A stretch of 32,000 nucleotides of DNA, taken from Akkermansia muciniphila ATCC BAA-835. GTDB taxonomy: Bacteria; Verrucomicrobiota; Verrucomicrobiia; Verrucomicrobiales; Akkermansiaceae. The stretch is from positions 1,470,001 through 1,502,000 of the forward strand of contig NC_010655.1 in NCBI RefSeq assembly GCF_000020225.1. The letters run 5' to 3'. Position 1 is the stretch's first letter, and every line of letters begins with the position of its first letter. Shown here piece after piece: positions 7,983 to 14,749 of this stretch. The notes under the pieces were generated by a model. The model made no database searches, had not been told where the DNA came from, and was given only the letters and a program-made list of their open reading frames with translations. The translations under genes and the position numbers were made by a program.

Positions 7983-8759
7983 ATGTGGGTCAAAGTATCA
8001 ATAGCAGCCTTGGTCATTGCTCTTCTCGGAGGAGCCATGTATTATCTTGATAACGAGGAAGCTCTAACCAAGGAGCGTAGGGAATGTGCTTCCCGCTACA
8101 AGAACCTGAACGGCCTTCGTGGCGAATTTACGGAAGAAAAGACGAAATATGTCGATTTCCTGGTGAAGAATGAGGCTCTGACGAATGACATCAATGCTTT
8201 AACCAAGGAGAAGGATGAACTGGAAGTAAAGAATCAGGAATTGGCCTCAGCCAATGAGGCCAAGAAATCTGACCTTCAAACGCAGCAAACCGCTTTGGCG
8301 GAATTGCAATCCAAGAGTAAGGATATGGAAAGTATCCAAGCCATTGCTGACAGAATCAAGGGGCTGGAAGAAGAGTCCAAGCAGTTGGAAGTGGTTAAGC
8401 AGGCGGAACAGGGAAAACATGATGCCATCGTCGCTGAAACTGAACAGCTTGTTGTGAATAATGCCGCTCTTCGTCAGCTCAAGGCCGACCAGGATGCCCG
8501 CCTTTCTCCGCCCAACCTGAAAACGAGGGTTTCCCAGGTGATTCATGATTTTAATGTAGTTGTGATTGACGGAGGAGCCGCCGATCTGGGCGTGGTGCCC
8601 GGTTCCAAGTTGGCCGTCATGAGGGACGGCAACAAAATTGCCGAGCTTGACGTAAACGCTGTTGAATCCCGTGTTTCCACGGCCACTATTCTACCAAGTA
8701 CGGTAACCGCCGGCGAACGTGTTGAAGCCGGAGACGTCGTTGTATCTGTTCGTCCCTAG
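7983..8759 (+). CDS. Membrane-anchored coiled-coil protein with small C-terminal beta-rich (MreC-barrel-like) domain, paralog 1
   Basis: The 258-aa ORF has an N-terminal TM 'VSIAALVIALLGGAMYYL' and about 170 aa of heptad-rich K/E/Q/L sequence. Its C-terminus is 'VSQVIHDFNVVVIDGGAADLGVVPGSKLAVMRDGNKIAELDVNAVESRVSTATIL...GDVV'. Confidence 0.8.
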   Translation: MWVKVSIAALVIALLGGAMYYLDNEEALTKERRECASRYKNLNGLRGEFTEEKTKYVDFLVKNEALTNDINALTKEKDELEVKNQELASANEAKKSDLQTQQTALAELQSKSKDMESIQAIADRIKGLEEESKQLEVVKQAEQGKHDAIVAETEQLVVNNAALRQLKADQDARLSPPNLKTRVSQVIHDFNVVVIDGGAADLGVVPGSKLAVMRDGNKIAELDVNAVESRVSTATILPSTVTAGERVEAGDVVVSVRP

Positions 8760-8806
8760 CATTTTTCCGGTTCAATACACTCCATACACTCTCACATACA
8801 TACACA

Positions 8807-9622
8807 ATGAAAACTGTCTTAGTAGTTTTATTGATTCTTGCAGCAGGGGCGGGCGCCTGGTTCTCCGGTCTTAGCGGCCTTTTCGGTATTAATGGCCAGT
8901 ATCAGGATTTTAAAGAAATGATTTCGTATCGTAAGACTTTGGACAAGGAAATACGTACTTGGACAAGCTTGCGCAACGACATGATTAAGAATCGTGGCTT
9001 GGCAGCGGAAGAAAATCTTAGTCTGATTTCCAACAAGGCTTCCGTGACGCAGCAGCGTGATGAACAGCTTTCCAAGGAAGCGGAGTTGAAGGAAGAAGAA
9101 GTGCAGTTGAATGCGGACTTGTCCAAAATCAATAAACAGATTGAGGAATTAAAGAGCAAGTTGCAAGATTTCGGTGTTTCCAGCGTACAGGAAATCCAGG
9201 AGAAGATGGAATCTTTGGAAGCTTCCAATAAGAAGCTCCAGGAAGATATTGACCAGATTAAAAGTGCTACGGAAGTGGCTTCCAAGAGACGGGCAGAACA
9301 AGCTTCTGAGCTGGCTAGCCGCCAGAAGGAGCAAGCTGAATACCGAGCTGCTCTTGCCAAAAATGGGGAAGAGTATCCCGTTCTATCCGTGGATCCGCAG
9401 TGGGGTTTTGTTGTGATTGGGGCCGGACAGGGCAGTAGTATTGATCCAAATACGGTTCTTCTTGTTACCCGTGAAGGTCGCAGCATTGGTAAATTAAAGG
9501 TAACTTCCCTGGAGAAAAATCAGACGGTAGCTGACATTATTAAAGACAGCGTACCGTCTGGTATGAGTATTCAACCCGGCGATAGAGTACAACTCCTGCG
9601 TCCCCGTCAGTCCGCCAAATAA
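8807..9622 (+). CDS. Membrane-anchored coiled-coil protein with small C-terminal beta-rich (MreC-barrel-like) domain, paralog 2
   Basis: The 271-aa ORF has the same architecture as the upstream gene: TM 'VLVVLLILAAGAGAWF' followed by a long coiled coil. Its C-terminus 'VLSVDPQWGFVVIGAGQGSSIDPNTVLLVTREGRSIGKLKVTSLEKNQTVADII...GDRV' aligns to that of paralog 1. Confidence 0.8.
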   Translation: MKTVLVVLLILAAGAGAWFSGLSGLFGINGQYQDFKEMISYRKTLDKEIRTWTSLRNDMIKNRGLAAEENLSLISNKASVTQQRDEQLSKEAELKEEEVQLNADLSKINKQIEELKSKLQDFGVSSVQEIQEKMESLEASNKKLQEDIDQIKSATEVASKRRAEQASELASRQKEQAEYRAALAKNGEEYPVLSVDPQWGFVVIGAGQGSSIDPNTVLLVTREGRSIGKLKVTSLEKNQTVADIIKDSVPSGMSIQPGDRVQLLRPRQSAK

Positions 9623-9642
9623 AGGTTTGCCACGTATTTTCC

Positions 9643-9686
9643 TTGAACCCCGTTGTGTCGTCCGGCATAATGGGGTTCAACTTTTT
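9643..9686 (+). terminator. Rho-independent terminator after coiled-coil gene pair
   Basis: A 12-bp stem TTGAACCCCGTT / AATGGGGTTCAA (one G-U pair) spans 9643-9654 and 9669-9680. It is followed by CTTTTT. Confidence 0.75.
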
Positions 9687-9694
9687 AAAAGGAA

Positions 9695-9901
9695 ATGATG
9701 AAACGATTTGCAATCTCCTTTTTGTTTGTGTCTTTTTCTATTCTTCTGGTCTCTTCCTGTTCTTGGTTGATGGAACCGCAGGAGAGGGAGCGTGTACCGC
9801 AGCCGCCTCCCGGTCCGGAAAAGAGTGCGCTTCCTCATAATAAGACCCAAAGATTTGAGGCGGAAGCAACGCTCGGCCCGTTGGCCTCGCCGAGACGTTA
9901 A
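9695..9901 (+). CDS. Small predicted lipoprotein (68 aa)
   Basis: The peptide 'MMKRFAISFLFVSFSILLVSSC' is a textbook signal peptide with lipobox V-S-S-C. An AAAGGA lies 4-5 nt upstream of the ATG. The mature part is Pro/charged-rich, and I recognise no homology. Confidence 0.5.
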   Translation: MMKRFAISFLFVSFSILLVSSCSWLMEPQERERVPQPPPGPEKSALPHNKTQRFEAEATLGPLASPRR

Positions 9902-9936
9902 CGGCATCCGAATGACGCTGGACGGTGATTCTGTTC

Positions 9937-9965
9937 TTTACAGTATCCGACAAACCGGATACAAC
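9937..9965 (+). promoter_or_regulatory. Putative promoter for tRNA-Ser
   Basis: TTTACA (9937-9942), a 17-nt spacer, then TACAAC (9960-9965). The -10 element ends about 18 nt upstream of the tRNA 5' end. Confidence 0.3.
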
Positions 9966-9983
9966 CGCCTCCGGTTTCCAAGT

Positions 9984-10076
9984 GGAGAGATGGCTGAGCT
10001 GGTCTAAGGCACTCGACTCGAAATCGAACGTGGGCTTTAAAACCCACCGTGGGTTCGAATCCCACTCTCTCCGCCA
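9984..10076 (+). tRNA. tRNA-Ser (anticodon CGA), type II with long variable arm, CCA encoded
   Basis: I folded the cloverleaf by eye. The acceptor stem is GGAGAGA/TCTCTCC. The anticodon loop is CT-CGA-AA. The variable arm is long, with stem GTGGG..CCCAC. The T-arm is GTGGG-TTCGAAT-CCCAC. The discriminator is G, followed by CCA. There is one C-A mismatch at the top of the anticodon stem. Confidence 0.9.
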
Positions 10077-10086
10077 GTTTTTCAGT

Positions 10087-10120
10087 AAGAGCCCCGTCGG
10101 AAGACGAGGCTCTTATTTTC
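10087..10120 (+). terminator. Rho-independent terminator after tRNA-Ser
   Basis: AAGAGCC (10087-10093) ... GGCTCTT (10108-10114), followed by ATTTTC. Confidence 0.7.
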
Positions 10121-10160
10121 GATAGGAAGGGAACAGGCGGGAATTCAGATAGGCGGCTGT

Positions 10161-10901
10161 TCAGTGATAGAGGGTGCGTTCTTGACCGGGGTCTTTAAGG
10201 CGGTCTCCGCCAGGATGGTTGTAACTATAATAATTTTTGTTGGTTGTTTCGGTCGGTTTACCAATGATTACATGATCCAGAAAACGAACGCCTAATAATT
10301 TGGAGCATTCCCGCACGCGTTCGGTCAGGAGGTCGTCCGTACGGCTGGGGGCTGGATTTCCACTGGGATGATTGTGGGCAAGGATGAAGCCATAGGCGTT
10401 ATGAATGACAGTGGGGCGTAATATGTCACGTGGATGAGCAATGGATTCGTTCAAGGTCCCGCTGGATATTTCCACGGGTTTGATGAGGCGGCACTTGGTA
10501 TCCAGCAGCAGAACGAGCACCGTCTCCTTTTCCTTCCAGCGCATGGCTGTAGTCAGATAATCATAGACATCTTCCGGTGTTTGAATGGGTTGACGTGACA
10601 GAGTTTCACGGAGAGCCCTCGCTCCCAGTTCAAAGGCAGCGCTCAGCGTAGCGGCTTTAGCCATGCCTATTCCCTTGCAAATGTTCGCTATTTCAGCAGC
10701 TTCCATATGAGCTAGGGCATCTAGAGAGCCAGCAGACTGAATCAGATCCGAGGACATGTCCAACACATTTTTCCCCTTGATCCCCATTCGGAGAAAGATA
10801 GCAAGCAGTTCCGCGTTGCTGAGGCTGTGCCTTCCTTGGCGGAGCAATTTTTCTCTGGGCAGAGACTGAGAGGGCAGTTCCTGAAGTTTGCGGTAGGTCA
10901 T
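10161..10901 (-). CDS. radC: RadC-family JAB/MPN domain protein (UPF0758)
   Basis: 'LPREKLLRQG..LSNAELLAIFLRMGIKGKNVLD' is the HhH-like N-terminus. The JAMM motif 'ILAHNHPSGNPAPSRTD' is present. The start lies 1 nt after the nnr stop. Confidence 0.92.
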   Translation of the reverse strand: MTYRKLQELPSQSLPREKLLRQGRHSLSNAELLAIFLRMGIKGKNVLDMSSDLIQSAGSLDALAHMEAAEIANICKGIGMAKAATLSAAFELGARALRETLSRQPIQTPEDVYDYLTTAMRWKEKETVLVLLLDTKCRLIKPVEISSGTLNESIAHPRDILRPTVIHNAYGFILAHNHPSGNPAPSRTDDLLTERVRECSKLLGVRFLDHVIIGKPTETTNKNYYSYNHPGGDRLKDPGQERTLYH

Positions 10902-10902
10902 T

Positions 10903-12393
10903 TCAATAACAGAGGCGTGCGGTAGAAAGAATGGCGGAAGGCAGATGTCGCAGCGTATCCCCTGCCGTCAATGTTTGCTGGGTGGCTTCTCCGGCGGAGA
11001 TTGCCATTTCGGAAGCTCGGCCACACAGGTAGACGCCCAGAACGGCGGAAACCAGCAGGGATTCCCCCTGGCTTATAAAGCCTCCGCAAATACCTGCCAG
11101 CACGTCTCCCTGACCGGCAGTTGCCATGCCGGGATCCCCAGTGATGTTATAAAAAAGAGGTTTTCCCCGTTGGGTGACGATGGTGCGTGCTCCCTTGTAA
11201 ACCAGGGCGGCTTCATGTTCTGCCAGAAAGCAGTCGGCAATGTCTGCCCGGATGGCATAGTTGTCTGCATCTGGCAGAAGTCTGCGAATTTCTCCATGGT
11301 GGGGAGTAGCCAGAACGTGTTCTCCCAAGTTCCACTGCATGGCCGCGGCCAGATTCAGCCCGTCCGCATCCAGAACAGTGGGGGTACCTGTTTCCAGAAT
11401 GAGGCGGATGGCTTCCGCATCTTCCTCCGATACGGAACCGATACCTGGGCCAATGAGGAAAGCACTGAATGTGCGAATGGAGATATCTGCGTAACTGTCC
11501 ACGGGTCTGACCATGATTTCCGGAGGCATGGATGGAGCGATTAAGGGATAGACGTTTTTGTGAACGTGCAGTGTAACCAGACCGGCTCCTGCCCGGAGAG
11601 CTGCTTCACAGCAGAGCCGGGCCGCACCCAGCATTCCTTCAGAGCCAGCTATGACGCCAATGTGCCCGCGTTTGTTCTTATAATCCGTATAGGGTCTTGC
11701 AGAGAGGAATTTGGTAAGCCGTGAGGAGGTAATAAGTTCCGTGGCGGGGAGCGCCTGTACGTGAAGACCGGGAAGGTCAATGCAGACTAAGCGTCCGGCA
11801 AACAGGGTGGCGTCATCGTCCAGCAGGCCCTGCTTAACGGCTCCTATGCACATGGTGAAATCTGCTTCCACTGCATTTTGCTGAGGCATTCCCGTATCTG
11901 GATCCACTCCGGTGGGGATATCAATAGCCACGGTACGTATAGCCCCGCAACGGTTTCTTATATAGTTCATTTCCGCACAGAGAGCGGAGATTTCCCTGCG
12001 GAGCATTCCCTTTGCCCCTATTCCTAGCAGGCCGTCCAGCAGGATCATAGGTTTTCCCGTACGGGGAAGGGGAGGGGCCTGGTATTCCTGAGGGGGAGGA
12101 GATATTTCCGCCAACTGCCGCACGGAAAGTTCGCTCCATTCGTTGCGCGGGTAAGCGGTTCGGAAGCCTATTTCCCAGCCATGTTGTTTCAGTATGTTAA
12201 GGACGGTGAGAGCATCTCCCCCGTTATTCCCTTTGCCCACATAGGCTACGCACAATCCCGGGTCGGGGAAGAACTGCATGAGAGATTCCGCAATACCGGA
12301 AGAGGCCAGTTTCATCAGGGTTCTGGCTGGTGTTCCGCTAACGATGAGCTCGCGTTCCGCGATCTGCATATTTTCCGTGGAGCAAACTTTCAT
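10903..12393 (-). CDS. nnr: Bifunctional NAD(P)H-hydrate repair enzyme (epimerase + ADP-dependent dehydratase)
   Basis: The 496-aa ORF has an N-terminal YjeF_N region ('GKGNNGGDALTV') and a C-terminal carbohydrate-kinase-like region ('GVIAGSEGMLGAARL', 'VLDADGLN', 'TPHHGE', 'GDVLAG'). Confidence 0.92.
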   Translation of the reverse strand: MKVCSTENMQIAERELIVSGTPARTLMKLASSGIAESLMQFFPDPGLCVAYVGKGNNGGDALTVLNILKQHGWEIGFRTAYPRNEWSELSVRQLAEISPPPQEYQAPPLPRTGKPMILLDGLLGIGAKGMLRREISALCAEMNYIRNRCGAIRTVAIDIPTGVDPDTGMPQQNAVEADFTMCIGAVKQGLLDDDATLFAGRLVCIDLPGLHVQALPATELITSSRLTKFLSARPYTDYKNKRGHIGVIAGSEGMLGAARLCCEAALRAGAGLVTLHVHKNVYPLIAPSMPPEIMVRPVDSYADISIRTFSAFLIGPGIGSVSEEDAEAIRLILETGTPTVLDADGLNLAAAMQWNLGEHVLATPHHGEIRRLLPDADNYAIRADIADCFLAEHEAALVYKGARTIVTQRGKPLFYNITGDPGMATAGQGDVLAGICGGFISQGESLLVSAVLGVYLCGRASEMAISAGEATQQTLTAGDTLRHLPSAILSTARLCY

Positions 12394-12427
12394 GGCATAC
12401 TGATAGAGGCAGCCTTTACTGTAAGCT

Positions 12428-12462
12428 AAAAAACCTTCTCCTGCAAGCCGGAGAAGGTTTTT
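12428..12462 (-). terminator. Bidirectional-type intrinsic terminator downstream of infA
   Basis: AAAAAA-CCTTCTCC-tgcaagcc-GGAGAAGG-TTTTT. On the minus strand the stem is followed by T6. Confidence 0.8.
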
Positions 12463-12486
12463 AAAAAGAAGCGGATCAGGGAGCAG

Positions 12487-12681
12487 CTAACCGATGCGGA
12501 ACGTGATGCGCGCTTTGGTCATGTCATAAGGAGACATTTCCATACGCACTTTGTCCCCTACCACGATTTTGATAAAGCGTTTGCGCATTTTGCCGGAAAT
12601 ATGGGCCAGCACTTCGTGCCCGTTGGGAAGGCGCACCTTGAACATGGTTCCTGCCAGTACGGCGCAGATGGTGCCTTCCAC
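12487..12681 (-). CDS. infA: Translation initiation factor IF-1 (conserved core; true N-terminus probably lies further upstream, see findings)
   Basis: '(V/M)[61 protein letters not shown]' is unmistakably IF-1 (S1-like OB fold). The GTG at 12681 is the most upstream canonical start. It falls inside the conserved 'IEVEG' motif, and the frame stays open upstream to 13002. Confidence 0.9.
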   Translation of the reverse strand: MEGTICAVLAGTMFKVRLPNGHEVLAHISGKMRKRFIKIVVGDKVRMEMSPYDMTKARITFRIG

Positions 12682-13038
12682 TTCAATTTCACTTTCGGAG
12701 TTTTCTTCCTTGGACTCTGATTTATTGAAATTCTTTCTGCCCTTGGTGTGGCGTCCTCCGCCTCCTTGCGGGCGTTGCCTGTTGGCGTTACCTCCGGGGC
12801 GGCTTCCTCCCCCTGTTCTGGAATTTCCCGGTCCTGCAGACTGTCCGGCCGACCGTGCCGCTCCTGTGCCATTGCCGGAAGGCCTGGATTGTCCGGGACG
12901 GTTACTGGTGCCGGTCGGTCTGGAACCGGGGCGGGAATTTTGTCCGCCGCTGGGGCGGCTGCTGGATCTTGGATTCGGGCTGATAGGACTCTCCTTGTAA
13001 AGTTAAAATGAACGCGTGTGCAAATCCCGCGCAGGCGA

Positions 13039-13066
13039 ATGATAGACCATATTTTTGCAAGGGCAA
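13039..13066 (-). promoter_or_regulatory. Putative infA promoter
   Basis: On the minus strand: TTGCCC (complement 13061-13066), a 16-nt spacer, then TATCAT (complement 13039-13044). This is about 50 nt upstream of the AAGGAG at complement 12991-12996. Confidence 0.35.
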
Positions 13067-13147
13067 GTCCTGAATGCGGAAGTTGTGCAAATAAAACACA
13101 ATTCTATGGAGAGGGACGGGAAAAAGGCTGTAAAAGAGAAAAAGTAT

Positions 13148-13176
13148 TTGACATTTACGTGAATAATCATTAGGAA
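13148..13176 (+). promoter_or_regulatory. Putative rplM-rpsI promoter
   Basis: A perfect -35 TTGACA lies at 13148-13153, followed by a 17-nt spacer and a weak -10 TAGGAA(T) at 13171-13176. This is about 60 nt upstream of the rplM ATG. Confidence 0.3.
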
Positions 13177-13237
13177 TGCGCCCCCGAATTGGAAGATAAC
13201 GGCAGGATGCCGAAAAACGAGAACGAAGAATTGAACC

Positions 13238-13666
13238 ATGAAGACCTTCTCAGCCAAACCGCAAGAAGTAGAGCGCAAATGGTATGTTATAGACGCTGCC
13301 GACAAGGTGCTCGGCCGTGTTGCCGTTGAAGCGGCTAACATTTTGCGTGGCAAGAACAAGACAATTTTCACCCCCCACGTTGATTGTGGCGATTTTGTCA
13401 TTATCGTGAACGCGGACAAGGTGGTGTTGACCGGTAACAAGGAAAATGCCAAAATTTATACCCGTTTCTCTGGTTACGTTGGCGGTAAGCAGGTGGACAC
13501 CCCCCGTAAGATTCGTGCTCGCCGCCCTGAACTTCTTCTGGAACTGGCTGTTAAAGGCATGGTTCCTCACACCCGCCTGGGCCGTCAGCAAATGACCAAG
13601 CTGAAGGTTTATGCCGGTGCCAGCCATCCGCATGAAGCCCAGCAGCCCACTGCCATTACTCTCTAA
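13238..13666 (+). CDS. rplM: 50S ribosomal protein L13
   Basis: '[44 protein letters not shown]' is the canonical L13 sequence. Confidence 0.97.
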   Translation: MKTFSAKPQEVERKWYVIDAADKVLGRVAVEAANILRGKNKTIFTPHVDCGDFVIIVNADKVVLTGNKENAKIYTRFSGYVGGKQVDTPRKIRARRPELLLELAVKGMVPHTRLGRQQMTKLKVYAGASHPHEAQQPTAITL

Positions 13667-13680
13667 TTGATTTTTCAGAC

Positions 13681-14076
13681 ATGAGTCAGACAACCCCATA
13701 CAACGCCACCGGCCGTCGTAAGACCGCCATTGCACACGCTTGGCTTACTGAAGGTTCCGGCCGCATCACGATCAACCGCCGCGGTTTTGAGGAATATCTT
13801 CCTACCGTTCAGTTGCAGAATGCTGTTCTTCAGCCCTTTCAGGTTACCAATACCATGAACAAGTTTGATGTGAACGTCGTTACCAAGGGCGGCGGTATTC
13901 ACGGACAGGTGGGAGCCATTCGCATGGCGATCGCCCGTGCTCTCGTTCAGGTTGATGAAGCTTCCCGTTCCCAGCTTCGTGAATTCGGTCTTCTGACCCG
14001 TGATTCCCGCATGAAGGAACGTAAAAAGCCCGGTCGTCCTGGAGCCCGCAAGCGTTATCAGTTCTCCAAGCGTTAA
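13681..14076 (+). CDS. rpsI: 30S ribosomal protein S9
   Basis: 'ATGRRKTAIA...GGGIHGQVGAIRMAIARAL...LTRDSRMKERKKPG..GARKRYQFSKR' is the canonical S9 sequence. Confidence 0.97.
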   Translation: MSQTTPYNATGRRKTAIAHAWLTEGSGRITINRRGFEEYLPTVQLQNAVLQPFQVTNTMNKFDVNVVTKGGGIHGQVGAIRMAIARALVQVDEASRSQLREFGLLTRDSRMKERKKPGRPGARKRYQFSKR

Positions 14077-14121
14077 GCTTGGCTGGTTGCGAAGGAACTG
14101 GCTTTACCATTTCTTTCTCGG

Positions 14122-14156
14122 AAAAGGAGTACTCCCTGTGGAGTACTCCTTTTTTG
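14122..14156 (+). terminator. Rho-independent terminator after rpsI (symmetrical, could also act on the minus strand)
   Basis: AAAAGGAGTACTCC-ctgt-GGAGTACTCCTTTT, followed by TT. Confidence 0.85.
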
Positions 14157-14305
14157 TTGCAGGAAGAACTTTGTTTTTTACTGCTTCACGCGTCTTTAAA
14201 AAGCTTTTTCTGGTTAGGTTGCTTACGGCAGCTTTCAATGATTTTCCTGCATTTGCTGTGAAGGGGGGGAGGTTTCCCAGTGCAGGAATGGTTGGTTGAC
14301 GGGGG

Positions 14306-14743
14306 TTACCGATGGTATGGTGTTCCTGCCAGGATAGTGTGGCAGCGGTAAAGCTGTTCCAGCAGGACAACAAGCGCCAGTTCATGTTGAAGGGTGAATT
14401 TGCTCAAGGACAGGATATGGTTGCACCGGGACCGCAGTTCTTCCGTATGACCGTCTGAGGCTCCGATGAGAAACGCGATGCGGCGTACGGAATGCATTTG
14501 CCAGTCCTTTGCCAGGTCGACTAGCTTTCTTGTGGTCCAAAGTTCTCCGCGTTCGTCCATGGCGATGCGCAGGCAACCCTCGCTGGCGGCCAGCAGACGT
14601 TTAGAAACGTCTTGGGAGCTTCCGTCCCTGACAAGCTTGAGTTCCGTCTTGCCGAAGGGCCTGAGGCGGTTGAGATAGAGTTCCACGCCTTCCTTGGCGT
14701 AGCCTAGGGAAGGCTTTCCGGCGGCCAGAATCAGGAATTGCAT
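14306..14743 (-). CDS. rlmH: 23S rRNA (pseudouridine1915-N3)-methyltransferase
   Basis: The 145-aa SPOUT protein shows 'FLIGASDGH', '[23 protein letters not shown]' and a 'GTPYHR' C-terminus. It starts 6 nt after the uvrC stop. Confidence 0.92.
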
Positions 14744-14749
14744 GAGAAG

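Noticed and set aside
9984-10901. tRNA-Ser followed by radC could mark the integration site of a genomic island or prophage remnant.
   Set aside because: I see no integrase, excisionase or phage or conjugation genes nearby. I did not see a second copy of the tRNA 3' end (a direct-repeat att site) in the window. radC is translationally linked to the housekeeping nnr gene.
12558-12872. An ATG-initiated 104-aa minus-strand ORF overlaps infA in a different frame.
   Set aside because: It runs through the IF-1 coding sequence out of frame, so it cannot be reconciled with the clearly conserved IF-1 reading frame. It reflects the same GC-rich, stop-poor composition discussed in the infA finding.
14157-14305. 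The 150-nt gap between the rpsI terminator and the rlmH stop contains a CCTGCA...TGCAGG inverted repeat and an AAAAAGCTTTTT palindrome, raising the possibility of an sRNA.
   Set aside because: The stems are short or AT-rich with a very large loop. There is no promoter-like element or terminator pairing specific to them. This is insufficient evidence from sequence alone.
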